Below are positions 51,480 through 57,360 of a DNA stretch of 57,360 nucleotides, one piece after another; the first letter of the stretch is position 1, and every line of letters begins with the position of its first letter. The translations under genes were made by a program, and so were the position numbers. The notes under the pieces were generated by a model. That model was not told where the DNA came from and searched no databases. It saw only the letters and a program-made list of their open reading frames with translations. The DNA is from Thelocarpon superellum (taxonomy: Eukaryota): contig JAPEUG010000070.1 in the NCBI GenBank assembly GCA_026025795.1, positions 1 to 57,360 on the forward strand, given 5' to 3'.

Positions 51480-52045
51480 CCTCGACATACACACAGAGAT
51501 AAACAGCCGTGGCAAATGCACTGTCTTCACAAACAACCAGTCCACCATTCGAGCAGTGGCCAAGCCCAGGTACTCCTCAGGACAATACATCCTGGCCAAG
51601 GATGTTTGAGCACTTGACCAGCTCCGAGATTGAGGATGGGAGGTCCAGCTCCGATGGATTCCAGCACACAGGGGTGCTGGGCAACAAAGCAGCCGATCGA
51701 GTGGCAACGGAGGCTGCCAGCCACAGTCCACATGCACAAACGGACCCAGAACCGCAGCTGGAACCAGGATCACTGTGGACCCTGATGGCAACCACAGAAT
51801 CGGCCATTTGTCAGACGATGAGAGATACATGGGAGCGAGCCCGGGCAGTGGCCAAACATGGCAGAGAGCTCTTCAGCCTCGGGGTTTGGCCAGGGAAAGG
51901 AAAACTCACCACGCACATCAGCACACACCAAGCGATAAGCTCGGTCATTACGCAGATGCGCACCGGCAAGATCAGCCTACGCGCTTACCTCCATCCCATC
52001 GGCAAGGCCGACACCGACGAAGGCCAGTACGGCTACGGGCGTAGC
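51480..52045 (+). mobile_element. LINE (Tad1-like) RNase H / C-terminal fragment, frameshifted
   Basis: VFTNNQSTIRAV..SGQYIL, WIPAH, GNKAADRVATEA and TQMRTGKISLRAYLH motifs. Confidence 0.75.
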
Positions 52046-52634
52046 CGCCTGTGGCTGCTTGTGGTCTTCTTAAACCTGGCCGTCACCACCCAGCTATCCG
52101 GCGGACTGGTGGGAACCGTGCGGGATTTCATTTGTCTGCGTCAGCTGGTGGACCTCCCACACGATGGATTACGGTCCTCGACTTGATGCGTGCTGGGATC
52201 TATGCGTTGGACCTTCCAGGGATACGGATGATGGCTGACGGACCTGATGTTGAAAACGTTGGGCGGTCTTGATCAGCTCTCTGATTTTGAGTGGATAACT
52301 GGTGGACCGCGGAGTCGATATCCCTCGCTGGTTGGTTCATATCCGACAGGATTCCAATTACAATCTCACAACCGTGGGCCTCTCTGCAGTGAGCCCACGT
52401 GAAGAATATTCGGTTGATGCGGGCACGGAGCAGTGGACACTGAGCTACGGCGGGGAAGCGCCCTTATGAATAAGCCGTGATGGACTGCGTGCTAGGTCCT
52501 GCAGGTAGCCTTAGAAGCATGCTTCGATCTAATTCCACGACTATACTTCGCCACGTACACGAGTGCTACGCTCATAATTATCATGATGTTATGCATGTCT
52601 ATACCCGAATGGTTCCAGGAAGCCCGATGCTCGT

Positions 52635-54163
52635 CTATGGTGATTGCAAAGGCAGTCCGAGCGATCCGCTGGACGATGGATCCTTGGACGAAAGGTGGTC
52701 GTTGTCGTCGACATGATATTCGACGTTGCTCCGATCGTTTCCTCCTCCGCTCTCCAAATCATCCTTCCGCGACGGCTCCCTGCCGCGGGCCTCGAGGTGG
52801 TCGAGGAGGATCGAATCCCTCTCCCAGCGCTCATCCGCCGTCCACGCGACCTGCTCTGGGTTGGTCTTGGGCAACGGTTCGCCCACATTTTGGTAAGGAC
52901 CCGAAGCGACCTCGTCAATAGTGGACACCAGCGTGGTGCCTGTGTTAGACCATTTGGATTTCTTGCTCCACTTCGACGACCATTGTCGGGGGTAGCGGTT
53001 GACCGGGTCCGCTCCGCTACTCTGCCTGCTCTGCCTGCTCGACCCCACTTTGGAGAAGAGGCTAAGGCTGGCTACGCGCACGAACAGTGGGCGCATGATG
53101 GGGAGGCAGGCGCAGACAATGCCGAGGTTGGCTTCGAGCAAAGTCCAAAGCGCCGGAGCGTAGGCCGTCCCTACGTGACGTGCTTTCAGCAGGAGGTCGA
53201 GGATGATTATCAGGAAGTCTTACACGTCGGGTCGTCCGTGTACAGCTGGTGGAGGACGGAGAGTCGGATTGCGCTCGCTATGCACACGCTTCATGTCCTG
53301 GTCAGCCGACGCTGCCACGCGAGCGGATCAAGACTCACAAGCCACCGAGCAAAAAGATGCAAGAGAGTCCGATCTTTTGCTTGATTGACACCTTGAGTCG
53401 CCAGACCTGTGGCATTGGGAGGATGAGGATTGCTAGGTCGGTGAAGATGGTCAAGCCAGCTTCGGCGACGATGAAGGCGTAGATATTGATACACGAGCCC
53501 TCCCCGTACACCTCCCAGAAGTGCGAGATGGGCGTGCAGGAGAAGATGGCGACTGCGAGCGCCGAGATCCACCCGAACACGATGAAGGACGCGATGGCGT
53601 ACACAAAGTACCGGAAGCTGCCCAATGTGAAGATGCGGCAATAGAAGAGGAGAATGGAGCCCTTGATCAGCTGAATGCAGAATGAGTAGGCTATATCGAA
53701 GAAATATTGCGTCTGTTGCATCTGAGTGGCGATCTCACGAAGAGCGGGCCGACAGGAGCGCGCACCTTGAGGACACTGAAGATGTTCGCCACTGGTAGGG
53801 CAAAGAGGTGCATTCCGAGGCCATAGCGAATTGCTGGGCCCGAGATCAGCTGGAGCACAGGGCACGTTGGGGATGGAGGGAGCATGCATATTAAGTTGAC
53901 TGTCATGAGCAAGTACGCGAATATCTGGCAGGGTCAGCAGCGCGGCCGGGCGGACGGAGAAGTTTACCGCGTACCTCTGAAAGGATGATGAGATACTCAT
54001 CGTAGCTCCATGCCGCCTTTTTCAGCCTCCGCGCGAGCAGGCGAAGCGCGACAGCAACGGTGGACAAACTGATCAGGATCACATTGATGGCGATGAGCTG
54101 CCCTTGTCGCGACTCGTGAGTATGTGCTAGCTGGTATGCGATTGAATCACCCAGCGAGCTCAT
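52635..54163 (-). CDS. PTH11-like (fungal rhodopsin-domain) integral membrane protein without CFEM; several introns
   Basis: VALRLLAR..WSYD, IKGSILLFYCRIF, FSCTPISHFW, TDLAILILPM, FLLG and WTLLEANLGIVCACLP. Confidence 0.9.
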
Positions 54164-55632
54164 GATGGCAGCTCGGAGCCCTGGGTCAAGACCTTCGTCC
54201 GGTTAGGCAAACGTCCGGGCGCCGATGCGCTACAGGGCGCATGCTCATATAAGGCGTCTAGAAGCAAGCCCGTGCCCGTTGGTCTTCGTCTAGGGGGGTT
54301 GGGTTAACGAGCCGGGCCATGTGGGGCGAGGTGGGCCAGGGAGACTATCGAACCTCGGCAACCGTGTCGCCCAGCAGCCTCTGCGGGGCTGGCATGGACG
54401 GCGCGGCAGAGCAATCCCTCCCTGCCGTCTATGCCGCTCGCATGCGTTGATCTCCTGCACGTTGACAAATGAAAAGGCATCTTCTAGCACCATTGTTCAC
54501 TTAAGGTCAATGCCGACTCAGCGAAGTGACCTACATGCGAGCTTCTACCCACTAGTTGGTAGCGATCTAGATTGTTTGAAGAATCCCTCATCGAATGGTG
54601 GAATAGATTTGCATGACTAGGGCGGGGAAGTGCAACAACTCGCAGCAGTTCCTACTAGAAGGATGAGCTCTCGTTTCGATTTGTTACCACTTAAGCGATG
54701 TCCGTGACATTCACAAGCTTACCTAGAGCCAGCCAGGCAAGCATGACCCCGACGACAACAACGACGATGAGATCAAGTTGGTAGAACAAGAGAATGGCTA
54801 CGAGGCCGCGAGCAAGCGCAAGCAAGCAAAGCAGAACCAAGGTGGCAGGATTGGCAAGAAGTGAGTGCCAAACATGAAAGTTACACACGTCCGAAGGTGA
54901 GGAAGCGAAGCGGCTCGCCTCTTTGATGTAGATGATCGTCGAAGGGCGGGTAAGCACTAGTAGGAGTGAATATGCGCGCATCATCATCGATGGCACAAGG
55001 TGGACATGGCCTAGCTAGTCAGGTTCAAGAGTCCCTGGCATCCCGTACTTCGGACTTGTACACAACTAGCCATGATCGGCTATCATGCTGCAGTCCGACA
55101 ACTCTCGCGGGATGTGGAATCCAGCAAAGCGCGTTCGAATACGTGGGTTATCACTAGCCTCACCACTACCGCTTGCCGTGTGACACCCCGCGCTTCGACT
55201 CCCGCTTTGCTCCATGCTAGTGCGAAATGTCGTGCCGTGTCCGCCTGACAGTTTTCCCTACACTATTCTCAGATCCGCTAAAACCTCAGATCCTCTAAGT
55301 TTTCTCAACCCCTCTACTCTATCTTCGAATCCCTACTTTTCTCAAATATTCATCCGAGCTTCGAGAGAGGTGCTCGGTGAAATACGTAACGGGCTAGCGG
55401 GCCAAGATACTAATAGTAAGTATGAGTAGTAGTTGAGGTTGACGGTCTATCTGATGATTACCAACATGACATCAGCCCCAAAAGTGGAACATACGAATGT
55501 ATATAACCTTCGGTGCCAGTCCCCAGATGGCTCTATCTATTAGATCCATGGCCACTGCGAGGCACTTTGAGCATTGTAATCTCAGCATCATTGCACGAGT
55601 CCCCATCGTGAGCTACAAACGCAGCGTCGCCC

Positions 55633-56920
55633 ATGGCTTCCATTCGTGCGGAAAATCTGTTCAATGTTGATGGCTTGGTGGCGGGGGCGGGGGCGGTTGT
55701 TACGGGCGCGGGAAGTGGTGCGTTCACATCTTAGCTGGCTGGCCCTATTGCGAGCAAGCTGCAAATGGACGGCTGCGGACTTACGGTGGTGTTTCGATCC
55801 TCGAGGAATTGGTTTGATGGTGTAGGAGCGCGCACTTGTTCTGGTCACGTGCCCACTCCTATTACTATCCCAGACTACGCGTTGATTAGCAATTCAGCTC
55901 TGATTCCTACAATGATAAAATATCGGCTTTCTTGAGCATCTTTAATGCTATTCCCGATAGCGCGTTGACGGGCCGAGGGTGGCAGTTTGCCAAGGCCTTG
56001 GCGGCCAACGGAGCCCGGAGAGTCTACATCATTGGACGACGCAAGGAGCTGCTGGAGACTGCAGCCAAGCAGAGCGTGAGCATCCTGGTCCACTACGGAC
56101 AATCCACCGCCCCTAGCTAATGCAGAACAGGGCTTTGAGGCCATTACGCCTTTACCAGGCGACGTCACGTCGCGAGAGTCGCTGGCTCAATTGGCCGCAC
56201 AGGTCGAAAAGGAGGTCGGCTTTGTCAATGTCGTCGTCGCCAACGCCGGTACCTCCGGTCCCACGTTGGGGGCCCTGCAGAGAACCCCACCGCCGTCCCT
56301 CTCCGAGATCCGTCAGCGTTTACCCCCTACCCCCGCCTCGGACTGCACCAACACCTTTGCCGTCAATAACACGGCCGTGTTTGAGACCGTGGTGGCCTTC
56401 CTGGCCTTGCTCGATGCCGGCAACGCCAAGAAGAACGTCTCGCAAAAGAACCAGTTCATCACCACCTCCAGCATCGGAGGCTTCCATCGCGTTCCCTTTG
56501 CTGGCCTTGCCTATGGTGCCAGCAAGGCTGGAGCCACGCACATGATGAAGACGCTGGCTACGTGGCTCGTGCCGTATCAGATCCGTTGCAATGTCCTGGC
56601 CCCCGGTAAAAAGTAGTCTCGCCATTGCACGCGCTCGGCGTCCACGTGGCCGCCGTCAAGCGTAGCGGCCCCCTGCTGACGAGACGGGCCCCGACGTAGT
56701 CTATCCCTCGGGATTGTCCGCTCCCTTCTTCGCCAAGATGGAGAACCCGACCGCCAAGGATACCCTCGACGCCACTATGGTTCCAGCTCGGAGGATGGGG
56801 ACCCAGGACGACATGGCCGGTGCCACTTTGTTCTTGACCAGCCGGGCCGGTGCCTACTGCAATGGCAGCGTTGTCGTAACGGACGGTGGCCGATTGTCCA
56901 TCCTGCCATCGACATATTGA
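55633..56920 (+). CDS. Short-chain dehydrogenase/reductase; 4 introns including a 14-nt micro-exon (55806-55819)
   Basis: VVTGAGSG|IGLM|FAKALAANGA..IIGRR, ANAG, YGASKAG, RCNVLAPG and TDGG. Confidence 0.85.
55821..55911 (+). mobile_element. 91-bp TG...CA mini-element, copy 2, at the 5' end of an SDR intron
   Basis: TGTAGGA...TCCTACA 7-bp terminal inverted repeats, flanks ATGG/ATGA, 85/91 identical to copy 1. Confidence 0.8.
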
Positions 56921-56992
56921 GCAACGCCATAGATAAATATTTCATCCGCCAAGACAGTCGAGCACGCTTGTGCCACATCTCAGCTATGGCCC

Positions 56993-57360
56993 CTATACCA
57001 CCCCGCCCAGGATCAATTCATCTCGCTCCCAAATCAACGCAATCATGGCGCCGGCAGGTCCCGCGCAAACCGTCATGACGACGATACGCGTCAGAAACTG
57101 GATCCAGCCGTGGAGATTGAGAGGAGCCTTCCGTGCATTGCGGACTAGTGCCGTAGCCCACAGCAGCGTCGCTGTAAACCCGATGATCTCGTCGTATCTA
57201 AGGAAGATGTGCATGCCTTCGGCGATGTCGCGGACCCGCAGTGTTGACGTGGGCGACGGAGGGATAAATAAGTCCCGTGGATGCAAATGTGGGATGATGC
57301 TGGCTTGAAAGATGTGCGGAAGAATGACGGAGGAGACGGAGAGGGTGAAGACGGCGACGT
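56993..57360 (-). CDS. 3' end of an integral membrane protein (AtmA/AscF-like family suspected), truncated by window edge
   Basis: FIP..G..FLRYD..G..LLWA and GPAGAMIALIWERDE helices resemble membrane proteins of fungal meroterpenoid clusters. Confidence 0.5.
   Translation of the reverse strand, partial: VAVFTLSVSSVILPHIFQASIIPHLHPRDLFIPPSPTSTLRVRDIAEGMHIFLRYDEIIGFTATLLWATALVRNARKAPLNLHGWIQFLTRIVVMTVCAGPAGAMIALIWERDELILGGVV

Noticed and set aside
54691..54996. Hydrophobic 101-aa minus-strand ORF
   Set aside because: Likely the shadow of a purine-rich plus-strand stretch. Neither strand gives a complete gene.

Overview
Fungal genomic DNA, probably a filamentous ascomycete (Pezizomycotina), with short GT-AG introns and CTRAC branch points. 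The window opens with the 3' part of a decayed Ty3/Gypsy chromovirus (RT-RNaseH-integrase-chromodomain, PPT, 257-bp LTR). Between pol and the LTR it carries an antisense, two-intron gene with a Zn2Cys6-like cysteine cluster. A gene-dense housekeeping stretch follows: SDR, ZNF830-like, BYE1, GPI16, LUC7, an RGG protein, a WW/FF protein, PRE9, a mucin-like repeat protein, LAMTOR1/Ego1-like, F-box, QNS1, PEX11, ABD1 and RPN7. A decayed accessory patch at about 50-52 kb holds an NLR-like SesB/ankyrin relic, a solo LTR and a LINE RNase H fragment. The window ends with PTH11-like, SDR and membrane-protein genes. Most notable are the spliced antisense cargo gene in the retroelement, a 91-bp TG...CA mini-element with 4-bp TSDs present twice (one copy remodels an intron donor), a GC-AG intron in LUC7, and CpG-biased decay of the transposon. 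All calls come from manual reading; no searches were run.
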